DNA from: Macrostomum lignano
Taxonomy: Eukaryota
Length of the DNA stretch: 64,000 nucleotides
Reading direction: 5' to 3'
NCBI GenBank assembly: GCA_002269645.1
Contig: NIVC01000264.1
Location: forward strand, 248,001 to 312,000
The position numbers and the translations under genes were made by a program. This document shows, piece after piece, positions 10,813 to 22,000 of this stretch. Positions within the stretch are counted from its first letter, which is position 1; each line of letters begins with the position of its first letter. Under the pieces are notes generated by a model. It was given only the letters and a program-made list of their open reading frames with translations, ran no database searches and was not told where the DNA came from.

Positions 10813-13800
10813 TGTTGTGTATGGACTTTTGGTTTAGCAAATGCACTAATGCTTCCCTTCTTTTGTCTATAGTCTAGGGTACAATATTTTATTTCTTTAA
10901 GAGCCGAAGCTAACAGTATTACAAAGGGCAAACAAGACGTGCGACGGCTAGAGGCAAATAAAGCTTGTAAACAGCTCGTATTTTAAATAATGCTTCTTCG
11001 ACTTGACTTTGATGTCAGATGGTAGCCTGGAGGCAATAGTCGGTATAGAAGCAGAAGAAGAGGACATAACAATGGCGACGAGTGTAAAAATCGGAGAGTT
11101 CGACGTGGCTAAACCGGAGCAATGGGAAGCTTATGAAGAACGACTCGAGCAGTTTCTCGTCGTAAACAAAGTGACCGAGGAGGCACATAAGCGAGCAAAT
11201 CTGATTACAGTGATTGGTAATGACTGCTATCAATTGCTCCGCAACCTGCTGTCACCAAAGAAGCCCAAGGATGTGAACTTCGACGATCAAGTCAAGGCCC
11301 TGAGGGAGCATTTTAACCCAAGACCTAAGATCGTTGTCGAGAGATTCAACTTCCACAGCAGAGCCCAACATGAAGGAGAAAATGTGAGCGATTTCATCGC
11401 AAGTCTGCGGAAATTGGCTGCCACGTGTGGTTTTAATGAATTCTTGGACGAGGCACTGAGAGACAGGTGGTTCGTTGTCGGCCTAAGGAATCGCCTGACA
11501 CAGCAGCGTCTGTTGCAAGAAGACACACTGACACTAACTGGAGCACTTACCCTTGCGACTGCGATGGAAGCAGCGGAAAGAGGTGTGGTGACAATTTCGT
11601 CAACCGGTGCAATCCAGGCGGTGAAGTCTTCGAGAGCCAGTAAAAATCTGACAGACGGCTTGTCAGAGAAGAACAACAGAAACAATCAATCTGGATGCTT
11701 CCGCTGCAATGCACAAGATCACTGGGCAAAGAACTGCCCCTACCGTAGCAAGACGTGCAGCAAGTGCGGTCGAGTGGGACATAAAAGTGATGCCTGCCGC
11801 ACAAAAGACAGGACTAAAGATTCCGGAGGTGGAAAGCAAAAGAAACTCAACTCGTCCAGACATAAGAGACACGGCAGAGTGCACTATGCACAAGACAAAG
11901 CTAGTTCAACCAGCTCACACAGCAGGGACTCAAACTGTACGAGTCAGGGACACCACAGGGAGTGCTTTGAAGTCAGGACAGTGTGCTCGACTGGACAGGT
12001 CGCGCATGTCACTTCTCCACCGTACGAGTGCGAACTGGAACTGAACGGAAAAGCTGTAAGATTTCAAGTGGATACTGGTGCGGATAAAACCCTAATCAAC
12101 GAGAAGACCAGCAAGCAACTAGGCCTGAAGCTTTCAAGGACTACCGTAAGGTTGTCCAGCTACACGGATCACTCAATCCCAGTATTAGGTGAAGCAACAA
12201 TCGACGTGGTTAGCCACAACGTCCGGCTTTACCAATTGCCTGTACTGATTGTCAAAGGAGAACGAGTAAATCTGCTTGGACGCGACTGGCTTTCTAAGAT
12301 CAAGATTGACTGGGACAAGTTTGCGAGTGTGAACGTGACCACATTAGTCCAGCCTATGGATCTATTGGTAAGGAGGCATGAGCAAGTGTTTGCTGAGACA
12401 TTGGGAACCATTAAAGGATTGAAGGCCAATATAGTGCTGAAGGAGAATTCAATACCAAAGTATTTCAAAAGTCGGCCAGTTCCATTTGCAATCAAAGGTC
12501 TCATTGAGGACGAGCTCAAGAGTTTGCAAGCCCAAGGAATCATCACGAAGGTGAAGGCATCGGATTTCGCATCGCCAATCGTTCCCGTTCTCAAGCGCGA
12601 TGGAAAATCAGTGAGAATTTGCGCTGACTTTAAAAGGACAGTCAATCCACAGTTACAGGTCGATAAGTATCCTCTGCCACGACCAGAAGAAATTTTCGCA
12701 ACATTAAATGGCGGGAAATATTTTACCAAACTGGACATCTCGCAAGCATTCCTGCAGCTTGAGTTGGAAGAATCCTATAGAAGGTTTACCACTATCAACA
12801 CTCATCTCGGTCTGTTTCAATATAACCGACTCACAATGGGACTGGCATCCGCACCGGCTCAGTTTCAGGAGGCCATGGAGAAAATACTGCAGGGCCTGGA
12901 CGTCGTTGTATACATAGATGATATTCTGGTGTCTGGAACCAGTCTGGAAGACCACGATAATAGGTTGAACGCCGTGTTGGAGCGCCTTTCAGATTATGGC
13001 GTGCATTTAAACAGAAAGAAGTGTGAATTTCGTCTCAACAAGATTGCATTCCTCGGATACGTTATTGACGAAAATGGACTTCACCCATCAAACGAGAAAG
13101 TTGAGGCAATTCACAATGCACCGGCACCAACAAATGCAACCGAAGTTCGCTCTCTAATTGGAATGATAACCTACTACGCGAAGTTCATCCCGAATCTGTC
13201 GTCGATTCTGGTACCGCTCAATCGACTGTTGTGCAAGGAATCGGAGTTTCACTGGAGTGAGGAGTGCAACGCTGCATTTGACAGGGTGAAGAAAACGCTG
13301 ACGTCTGACCGAATGCTAGCGCATTTCGATCCGAAGAAGCAGCTCGTTCTACAAACGGATGCTTCAAAGTATGGAATCGGATGTGTCATCTCGCACGTGA
13401 TGCCGAATGGTGATGAAAGGCCAGTTGCCTATGCTTCGAGGACGCTATCAAAGCCGGAGATTAACTACTCGCAGTTGGAGAAGGAAGCGCTGGCCATAGT
13501 ATTCGGAGTAAAAAGGTTCCACCAGTACCTGTTTGGACATCATTTCGTGCTTGTGACGGACCATAAGCCGCTCCTAACCATCTTTGGAGACAAAAAGGAT
13601 ATCCCTAGCATCGCAGCAAGTCGTCTTCAGCGTTGGGCCGTACTTCTGTCCGCCCACCAATACACAATCAAATTTCGAAGGACAGAGGACCATTCAAATG
13701 CGGACGCGCTTTCACGCTTACCAGATCGAGCCAAGAACATCTTATGTGACAAAATTCTGGAAGTCAGACTTGAGATGCTACCGATCACGGCAGAGACGAT

Positions 13801-15672
13801 TAGAACCGCGACACGGAAGGACGCAGAACTTCGAAAAGTCGTTCACTACTGCCAAAACGGCTGGCCAGAAACAAGTGAGCCAGGTTTGGAACAGTATTTT
13901 CGTAAAAGAAATGAGCTTTGTATCGAGCAAGGAGTGATTTTCTGGGGACTGCGCGTCGTTATTCCAAGGAGTGTGCAACGAATGGTTCTGGAGTTGCTTC
14001 ACGACGGACACCCTGGAATAGTTGCTATGAAGTCTATCGCTAGGCTGCATGTTTGGTTCCCTGGAATCGATAGTGCCATCGAAGACCTAGTCCGAAGCTG
14101 TGAAGGTTGCCAGTTGCAAAGAAATTTACCTGCACAGGCACCTGTACAACCTCTTGTTTGGCCAGAGAAGCCATGGACAAGAATCCAGCTGGACTACATG
14201 GGACCATTTCACGGATATTTCTGGCTTATCATTGTCGACGCAACTAGCAAATGGGTCGAGATTTTTCCTATGAAACATGCGACTACAAGTAAGACAATTG
14301 AGTGCCTGCGAGATACTTTCACAAGGTTCGGAATTCCTCAGCAAGTCTTAAGTGACAACGGCAGTCAGTTCTGCTCATCTGAGTTTCGTGCGTTTTTGAA
14401 GCGAAATAATATTCGTCAAATTTTAACGGCTGTTGGACATCCGCGTACTAATGGACTTAGCGAAAGGATGGTCCAGACTGCGAAGTCTGCTATTAAAGCC
14501 GGAATCAAAACGCATGGAGACCCAATACTGAGTATGCAGAACTTCTTGTTCAGATACAGAAGTACACCTCACTCTACAACTGGTAGGACGCCAGCTGAAA
14601 TGATGCTGTGCTACAAGCGCCGGACTCAATTGGACTTTCTTAGGCCGGACACCTACTCAAAAGTACTGGATAAGCAGACTGATGTGACCGAACGACAAAG
14701 CCATAGAGGAGCGTCGCCGAGGGAGTTCCAGGAGGGAGAAAAAGTTCTGACGCTGGATTTCAGAAGGGAGAAAGAGAACAGATGGATTCCTGCCGAGGTG
14801 GTCACCCGCACAGGACCAATGTCTTACAGACTGCAGGTCAACGGTCAAATCTGGAAGAGGCACGTTGATCAAATTGTCAAGACAGACGTTCTTCCCACCC
14901 GAATTCCACCAATCATGAAGAGGCATCAGGACGATCAGACTGATATATTCCTGCACGGTCACGAGTGCGGGAATGACATCTGCACGAGTGCGCGCTAGCG
15001 CACGAGTGCACGATGTCCTTCACGCACGAGTGACCGTGAAGGAATTCCATTGTCGGGTGATTCATCGTGCAGGAATGCACAAAACCGTGCAGGAATGCAT
15101 TTCTGCGCCTAATGCTTTTTCAGTGAGATTTTACCATAGACATCCATTCCTGCACGCAAAAGAGTGCAAGAATGCCATTCTTGCATGGAAAATCAGCCGA
15201 CAATGACTTGGCTCGTGAGCAAATGCAGAGTGAGGACATCTCAAATCCAGCAACCCAAAGCGTGCCCGTGCAAGACGAACCACAGACAACCGACTCAGAC
15301 GGAACTCGTGGCAAGAGCACTGACACATCGGCTAAAGAACCTAGACGACTGAGGGACAGAGACAAATTGCAGAAACCGGACCGGTTGAGATATTAATTGA
15401 CAAAGGGGGGAATGTTGTGTATGGACTTTTGGTTTAGCAAATGCACTAATGCTTCCCTTCTTTTGTCTATAGTCTAGGGTACAATATTTTATTTCTTTAA
15501 GAGCCGAAGGCTAACAGTATTACAAAGGGCAAACAAGACGTGCGCCGGCTAGAGGCAAATAAAGCTTGTAAACAGCTCGTATTTTAAATAATGCTTCTTC
15601 GACTTGACTTTGATGTCAGATGGTAGCCTGGAGGCAATAGTCGGTATAGAAGCAGAAGAAGAGTACATAACA
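10813..15672 (+). mobile_element. Ty3/Gypsy LTR retrotransposon (Mag-like), near-identical LTRs
   Basis: LTRs 10813-11071 and 15413-15672 (TGTTGTGT...ACATAACA; 2 substitutions + 1 indel). PBS TGGCGACGAG at 11073-11082. PPT AAAGGGGGGAA at 15402-15412. Confidence 0.95.
11072..14998 (+). CDS. Gag-Pol polyprotein (gag with 2 CCHC knuckles, protease, RT, RNase H, integrase)
   Basis: CFRCNAQDHWAKNC and CSKCGRVGHKSDAC; FQVDTGAD; YIDD; QTDAS; HDGHPG...CEGC and LD...DNG...E. Single uninterrupted ORF in Gypsy domain order. Confidence 0.95.
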   Translation: MATSVKIGEFDVAKPEQWEAYEERLEQFLVVNKVTEEAHKRANLITVIGNDCYQLLRNLLSPKKPKDVNFDDQVKALREHFNPRPKIVVERFNFHSRAQHEGENVSDFIASLRKLAATCGFNEFLDEALRDRWFVVGLRNRLTQQRLLQEDTLTLTGALTLATAMEAAERGVVTISSTGAIQAVKSSRASKNLTDGLSEKNNRNNQSGCFRCNAQDHWAKNCPYRSKTCSKCGRVGHKSDACRTKDRTKDSGGGKQKKLNSSRHKRHGRVHYAQDKASSTSSHSRDSNCTSQGHHRECFEVRTVCSTGQVAHVTSPPYECELELNGKAVRFQVDTGADKTLINEKTSKQLGLKLSRTTVRLSSYTDHSIPVLGEATIDVVSHNVRLYQLPVLIVKGERVNLLGRDWLSKIKIDWDKFASVNVTTLVQPMDLLVRRHEQVFAETLGTIKGLKANIVLKENSIPKYFKSRPVPFAIKGLIEDELKSLQAQGIITKVKASDFASPIVPVLKRDGKSVRICADFKRTVNPQLQVDKYPLPRPEEIFATLNGGKYFTKLDISQAFLQLELEESYRRFTTINTHLGLFQYNRLTMGLASAPAQFQEAMEKILQGLDVVVYIDDILVSGTSLEDHDNRLNAVLERLSDYGVHLNRKKCEFRLNKIAFLGYVIDENGLHPSNEKVEAIHNAPAPTNATEVRSLIGMITYYAKFIPNLSSILVPLNRLLCKESEFHWSEECNAAFDRVKKTLTSDRMLAHFDPKKQLVLQTDASKYGIGCVISHVMPNGDERPVAYASRTLSKPEINYSQLEKEALAIVFGVKRFHQYLFGHHFVLVTDHKPLLTIFGDKKDIPSIAASRLQRWAVLLSAHQYTIKFRRTEDHSNADALSRLPDRAKNILCDKILEVRLEMLPITAETIRTATRKDAELRKVVHYCQNGWPETSEPGLEQYFRKRNELCIEQGVIFWGLRVVIPRSVQRMVLELLHDGHPGIVAMKSIARLHVWFPGIDSAIEDLVRSCEGCQLQRNLPAQAPVQPLVWPEKPWTRIQLDYMGPFHGYFWLIIVDATSKWVEIFPMKHATTSKTIECLRDTFTRFGIPQQVLSDNGSQFCSSEFRAFLKRNNIRQILTAVGHPRTNGLSERMVQTAKSAIKAGIKTHGDPILSMQNFLFRYRSTPHSTTGRTPAEMMLCYKRRTQLDFLRPDTYSKVLDKQTDVTERQSHRGASPREFQEGEKVLTLDFRREKENRWIPAEVVTRTGPMSYRLQVNGQIWKRHVDQIVKTDVLPTRIPPIMKRHQDDQTDIFLHGHECGNDICTSAR

Positions 15673-15812
15673 CCTCTCCTCTCCTCTCCTCTCCTCTCCT
15701 CTCCTCTCCTCTCCTCTCCTCTCCTCTCCTCTCCTCTCCTCTCCTCTCCTCTCCTCTCCTCTCCTCTCCTCTCCTGTCCTCTCCTCTCCTCTCCTCTCCT
15801 CTCCTCCCCTCT
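15673..15812 (+). repeat. (CTCCT)n microsatellite abutting the 3' LTR
   Basis: Direct reading. Confidence 0.95.
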
Positions 15813-16519
15813 CATAACCCCTACCTTAGAATAGAGCATAACCTTGGCGTGATTGACAACCAGGTGCTCTTTCTATGCACTCATCATGAGCCTTGAAAAT
15901 AGCAAATTAAATGCAAGCTTGATGCCCTCATTTACGGAATGCTGTCAATTTTAAAGTTAAATTAAATAAAAAATTTTCTTTTGACGTCAATGCCATATCG
16001 ACTTGTGTAGTTAATCAATTAGCAAATAGACTAACTATTAAAAGTTAAATAGCAACTTACTATTTTGATAAATTCTTTTAGAAAGAAATCTTTTTAAGAT
16101 CTGTCAAGAAAATCTATATAACTAAATGACTTTCAGTACTAAAATTAGAATGCCCCTTCTTAATTGGCAACTCAAGTTTCAGAAATGATATTTCCGCTCA
16201 AGTTTATTGGTGTTTTCGATTGCCTGCTTGTTTGTCTGACCTTTCGTATTTTCATTGTAGGCCTTGTGTATATCTGTACGGACATTATCAACTTTTATCG
16301 ATTGCCTCTACCGTGTTGCTCTCTCAAGTATCTAATGTACGGCTCGTACGCTCTGTACTCTGCAATCAAAATTACAGATGTATCGATCCAGAGGCTCTCG
16401 CCGAGAAGGGTGTTGTTTACTTTGCAGTGTTTTTGTTGCGCACTTTTGTTATACTTGTGAATCTTGCCTTCGATTTATTTAATATGGTTGATTTCCGAAA
16501 AAAAGGCCATAGTCTAGTG

Positions 16520-16850
16520 GTCTAGCACGGCGCTCTGATGTGCCAGCAGCCCAGGCTCGATTCCAAGTGCAGTCACATTAATTTAGTGCTTAATTGGAAT
16601 CTCAGCTTGGCTCTGCTCGTGCAATTAACGCTCCTCCAAGATACAGTAAGGCGTACATGCTTAACGATAAATAAAGTTAGGGCCACTGTACACTCCTGTG
16701 TGAGTGTGTGCCTGTGCGTATGACTGCGTACGTATCCGCGCGCTTGTGTGCCAGCTCAGGGGAGTCGGCGGAATGGGCAGTAATGCCTCTCGCCGGTTGT
16801 GTGACAATGTCGCTTAAAATGCGCCAGGGTGCACGCCGCCACCCTTGAGC
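16520..16850 (+). mobile_element. tRNA-derived SINE family 2, partial copy
   Basis: Highly similar to 17636-17997 (CCCAGGCTCGATTCCAAGTGCAGTCAC...GGGGAGTCGGCGGAATGGGCAG). Confidence 0.7.
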
Positions 16851-17544
16851 ATTGACTTCAAGCTCACCGCACCGCAGAGCTGATCATAAACCCCATCGAG
16901 CATGTCTGGAATTTCCTCAAGCGCAGCATACTCGTACAAAGAGAAAATCCACCGCAGAATGTTGTGCAGCTGCGCCAGGCCATTGCAGATACTTGGCAGA
17001 ACCTTTCCCAGAACTTTCTCATCCGCCTCATCTTGGAGATGCTTATTGACAACACGTGGTAACACGTGATGACAACACGTGGTATCAAGCATTGCAATTT
17101 CTTCTTCTTATGCAATACATAATTAACATGCAATATTGTTTGAATATTGCTTGATAATCGATGCACACCTCAATCAAAATAGTTAATAAGCAAACACGCT
17201 CGTAAACTGTTGAACTACTGAAGTTCTCTTTGACTGACGCACGATATGCTTGCGGGTTTCCGAGAATCAGTGAGCTTAGTGCGGAAGAGCTCTGCAATTT
17301 CTGACAGGAAGATTAATGGGATAAAGGCGGTGACTGGAAGTTACCTAAAAGAGTCGCACAGGGAGTTCAAGCCACAAAAGCCCGACTTTGATGAAAGCTT
17401 GGACTTCATCTCTGGAAATCTATCGATAAGCAATACCTGGTCGTCAGTACCAATGCATGAGCAAGTTGCGCAATACTAAAGATCACTGGAATTCATGGAG
17501 ACTGTGACTCACACAGTTTGGAGTCACTGTGAAGCATATCTCTT

Positions 17545-17635
17545 CACTGTGAAGCTGCAGAGAATGAGAACTCTGAGGACAAGCTGGAGAATGCAGCTGC
17601 AGTTGCAAAGCAAGCTGAAAGTAAGGCAGCCGTTC
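17545..17635 (+). pseudogene. Orphan cytoplasmic-tail exon remnant of the receptor family
   Basis: EAAENENSEDKLENAAAV aligns with DAATEYENSEYKLENAAGV of copies B and E; GAGAACTCTGAG.ACAAGCTGGAGAATGCAGCTG is shared at DNA level. Confidence 0.6.
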
Positions 17636-17997
17636 AGGGGGCCGTAGCCCAGCGGTAGCGCAGCTGCTCTGGTGTGCCAGCGACCCAGGCTCGATTCCAA
17701 GTGCAGTCACATTAATTTGGGGCTGAATTGGAATCTCGGCTTGGCTCTGCTCGTGCAATTAACGGCCTTGAGAGCCAACCCCCCAAGGCGCAGTGAAGTG
17801 TACATGCCTAACGATAAAATAAAGTTAGGGCCGCTGTACACTCCTGTGTGAGTGTGTGCCTGCGTACGTATCCGCGCGCTTGTATGCCTGCTCAGGGGAG
17901 TCGGCGGAATGGGCAGTAATGCCTCTCGCCGGTTGTGTGCCTATGTCGCTTAAAGGTGTGCCAGGGTGCACACAACCCCCCAGCCTCTAATAAAAAA
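17636..17997 (+). mobile_element. Full-length tRNA-derived SINE family 2 with TSD
   Basis: A-box TAGCCCAGCGGTAG, B-box GGCTCGATTCC, poly-A tail, 13-bp direct repeat AAGGCAGCCGTTC at 17623-17635 and 17998-18010. Confidence 0.85.
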
Positions 17998-19043
17998 AAG
18001 GCAGCCGTTCTGGCGTTGTTGAAAACAACCGGAAGCTCGAGTTTGCGATGGTCTTGATGGTAGATCCGCTGCTCGCCTCCAGTACAATACTAGTCGGTTG
18101 TAGCGGATGCCTCGCGAAGAGATTCATGAAAGTCTTCGTGTTTAACAACGAAACGGTGGGGGGGGGATTGTCACTGACTATTGACTGGTTGTCGTTCCGA
18201 TGCGAGGTACACAGGTTTCCTCAAGGAGTTCATCCCCGATCAACTCTTGAAGCGTCGTGAAAAGTGCCGAAGTTGCAAGTTCTCCTAAGGCCATCATCTA
18301 GTCACCGATGCTCTCGCTGTCGTGCTGGGCTCGCTACAAAAAAGGCGAATGACGCTCTGCAATGACACTTCTTGACTTCTCTTCTGAATTTGTACTTAAA
18401 TTAAAGTACAAAAACATATTAAAAACGACGATGGTGTTTAAAATCTTCAAGAGAAGAGTGCCGGTTTGTAATGATCTGGCTTTCTTAGTCAGTTAGTGCG
18501 TTAATATTGTATATGAAAGAAAGGCTTGGCAGGACAAGATTTGAGTTTCTTTGGAAAAGCAACGTGAGTTCGAGTCCTGAGGGTCCTCCATCGTCTTCTG
18601 TCACTAGGTGCAGAAACCTGTTAATGCACCTGCTTGAGCTGCCATGACTAAATATGACAACAAGCAGGTATCAGCAATGGTAAAGTTTGCATTAACTAAC
18701 ATATTCACGCGCTGAACATGTGTTGACTTTTCCCACGTGTCCACAAAGTTAATCAGCTTGAGGGCCATCCGTCGGTGTTAAGACAATCTTAACACTGAAG
18801 TGTGTATTAGGGACGGAATCAATTATCAATAAACCAATAATAGCAATACAGCGCTAAAATTAATATTACCAAATCAAAATATAAGACTGCGTGCCCAAAT
18901 GTTTTGAATTTACTCTGAAATATAATTTTAGCATTCATATCCAGCATATAAATTGCCAGCGATCTGTAACCGTGACAGCCAACACCAACTGAGCTTTCAT
19001 CAATGTCTGAATTTCAATAAGCCACACTTATTGGTGTTTCGAC

Positions 19044-22000
19044 ATGCAAATGCCGATGTGGCTGCTGCTGCTGCTGCTGCTGCTGGCCTCATCAGTGAGC
19101 ACCAGCATCCGAGGAGACTGTGAGTGCGTTTTCACCAAATCAACAATTATAAATGAATAGCACGGAATTAAATTGAGCTGACTGCTCAGCCTGTGCTCAC
19201 CATTGCAGGCGAGTTCCCGATTCGCCAGAGCCGCGTCCTGAGCTCCTGGCAGTCGTCCTTTGATGACGGCCCGACTTGCTTTTACAACAGAAGCCGCGCT
19301 GATGAGGAATCCGTGCTCAAAAACAAAACCTTTAGCTACCGGTTCTTCCACAGCAAAGGCCAGAGCTCAGCAGACGGCGGGTTTCACTGGTTTGCAGTGC
19401 AGCTGAATGAGCCAGTGCTCATCAGATCTGTGACTGTGAAGGGCAGAGAGGGTGAGTCACTCACTCAAATGCGGGCTCAAAGTCTGCTTCCTCTGCTCAC
19501 GGTGCTCTCGCATTCCAGATCATGCATCGTGGGTCTTTGAAAGAGCCAGAGGCGTTGAGATCTGGACATCAGACAGCAGCAGCCAGCTGTTCTCAGGAGA
19601 TCACTGCAGCTCAAGGAGCATGAGCAGCCAGTTCAATCAGTCCCAGCAGCACTGGAGACTGTGTGGGGTCACGGAGAGCAACAATTCACAAATCATAGCT
19701 GGAGAGATCTTCACAGTGAACTGCGTTGCAGAGGTAAGATTACAGATAGAGATGTGTACAAAAAGTTGAAAAGCTGAGGGCGTGATCAACTCAAGTAATT
19801 AATGATCATGCAATGCATGGAGGAGGAACTCTCTTGACCTTAAATCCATTTCGATACTTATAAATCTGTTTGACACATCTTTCTAAGTCTATTTCAACAA
19901 AATTGATATGCAATTCAGACAGTTCTCGTTTCACTCTCAATTGTCTCTTAAGACAAATTCATATTAATCAGTCATCATCTTATTTAGATAAGTTTTATTC
20001 AGTCATTTGGGCGACACTTTCCAATCTTTCCAATCTTTCTATTCGATGCTGGCATGCCTAAACAGACGCATAGAAATAATTTTCTAAAATGATATTACGA
20101 AATTGCATAATGAGATATCTGAATCACAGAATTTACAAAACACACAGTATATTCTGTGGTCTGAATTGCATATCGGTTTTGTTGAATTAGACAGGGAAAA
20201 TGTGATAACTCATAACGTATTTTGTTTTATCATTCGATTCTCTCAACTTTAGACAAGGCAGCTGCTGCTCAGAAGAAACATTACGTCAGCCGATGCATCG
20301 AGCTATCACGATTACATGAGCTTTGCAGATCTCAGGCTTCAAACATTTCAGCTGGGTGAGTCCGCAACTCTGATATGTAATTCTGCAGATTGTGGATACT
20401 GTCGAAACATGAATTAATGCAAAAAGCCCATCAAGATGATGCTCTTTGAAAATCCACTTTGGAAATTTACAGAGGCCTCAAAAGCTGAGTTGGTGGCGGA
20501 GAACTCCAGCTTCTCAGTGAGCTGCGCACTGCGATGCAGCGGCCCACCGGACGCAACTTCAAGGGATCTGCAGCTCTGCTCTCCGAACGGCAGCTGCACT
20601 GCATCACAGGAGCTGCGGGTTCCCAGAGCGCAGCCTCAGCACTCTGGAAACTACACATGCAGACTGGGCTCTGTGGAAAAGCGCACTGGCGTGGCTGTGC
20701 TGTGTTAGTGGCAATACTTTGTTCGGCTTCATTTTAAATATACTTTCGGGCTTTCTCAAATGATAGAAATATTATTAAATGCTCGCATGGTCGAAACACA
20801 GAAAATTATTCTCTTTGTAAATCTTGCTGCATCACTTAACATGCATTTTTTATCAAGCTAGCATTTTCAGAAGCGGTCAAGGAATATTGTGCTAAACTCG
20901 ATCTCTCCAGCGCCCTCAGGCCCACAAGTGGTGGCGGAGAACTCCAGCTTCTCAGTGAGCTGCTCGCTGCACTGCAGCGGCTCAGATCTGTGCTCAAATT
21001 CAAGCACACTGCAGTTCTGCTTGCCGAACGGCAGCTGCACAGGCAGCCACAGGATGGCCGTTGCAGTGGCGCAGCCTCAGCACTCTGGAAGCTACACCTG
21101 CAGACTGGGCTCTGTGGCGACTCGGACTTCCGTCACCGTACTGTGTGAGCTCTTGAAACTTTATATTTTGATGTGCACAAGCGACTAATGCTTTGAAACT
21201 TCTGAAAATGCTTCCAGTGAAAAGAAGTTTATTCTAAATATTAGAACTAGAATCATGAACGAGTAGGCACACGAGTCACAACGTGGCGCACGTTTCGCAC
21301 CTGGAAATGAATGCTCTGTACATTATTTTTGTCTGACTTACGCTCGAATTCATTCCTAATTGACTTATTACACGCTTTTGTTTTCGAAAGCCCAGCTGAA
21401 CAAATGAATTTGCTTCATTGGTTGAGTAACAAAAATTACCTGCCTCTTTCTCATTCAGCATCCTCTCAGCCCCAGATCGTGGCGCAGAACTCCAGCTTCT
21501 CAGTGAGCTGCTCGCTGCACTGCAACTGCTCAGATCTGTGCTCAAACTCAAGCGGACTGCAGCTCTGCTTGCCGAACGGCAGCTGCACAGGCAGCCACAA
21601 GATGGCCGTTGCAGTGGCGCAGCCTCAGCACTCTGGAAACTACACCTGCAGACTGGGCTCTGTGGAGTCTCTGACTTCAGTCACCGTGCTGTGTGAGTGG
21701 GCGAACTACTTTGATTTGCATGTACACTCTTCTATAGATGGTTTAACTGAGAAACCTAATCGAGCACTGACTGCATCGCTGCAGACCCGCCATCGAAGGT
21801 GTACATAACATTTCTGAATCAGGGTAGCTGCGTCAGCCCATCGGATGTGACAGTGCAGTTCGCTTCCTCTGCGTCTCATCCGCGTGTTGAGCACAAATGC
21901 AGCGCCGCTGACGCCAAGGGTGTCTCACTGCTCAATATGACACGCCTGTCTTTGGTGAGTTGCAGTTTGAGAAGATATGAGTCAAGATTGGCTGACTGAA

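Noticed and set aside
11003-11071. ORF-track start at 11003
   Set aside because: Non-ATG start inside the LTR; the ATG at 11072 next to the PBS is the plausible start.
19209-20355. Firm claim of fucose binding by the lectin domain
   Set aside because: Arg spacing and the Cys-Cys of the canonical pocket are altered; only fold-level similarity is supported.
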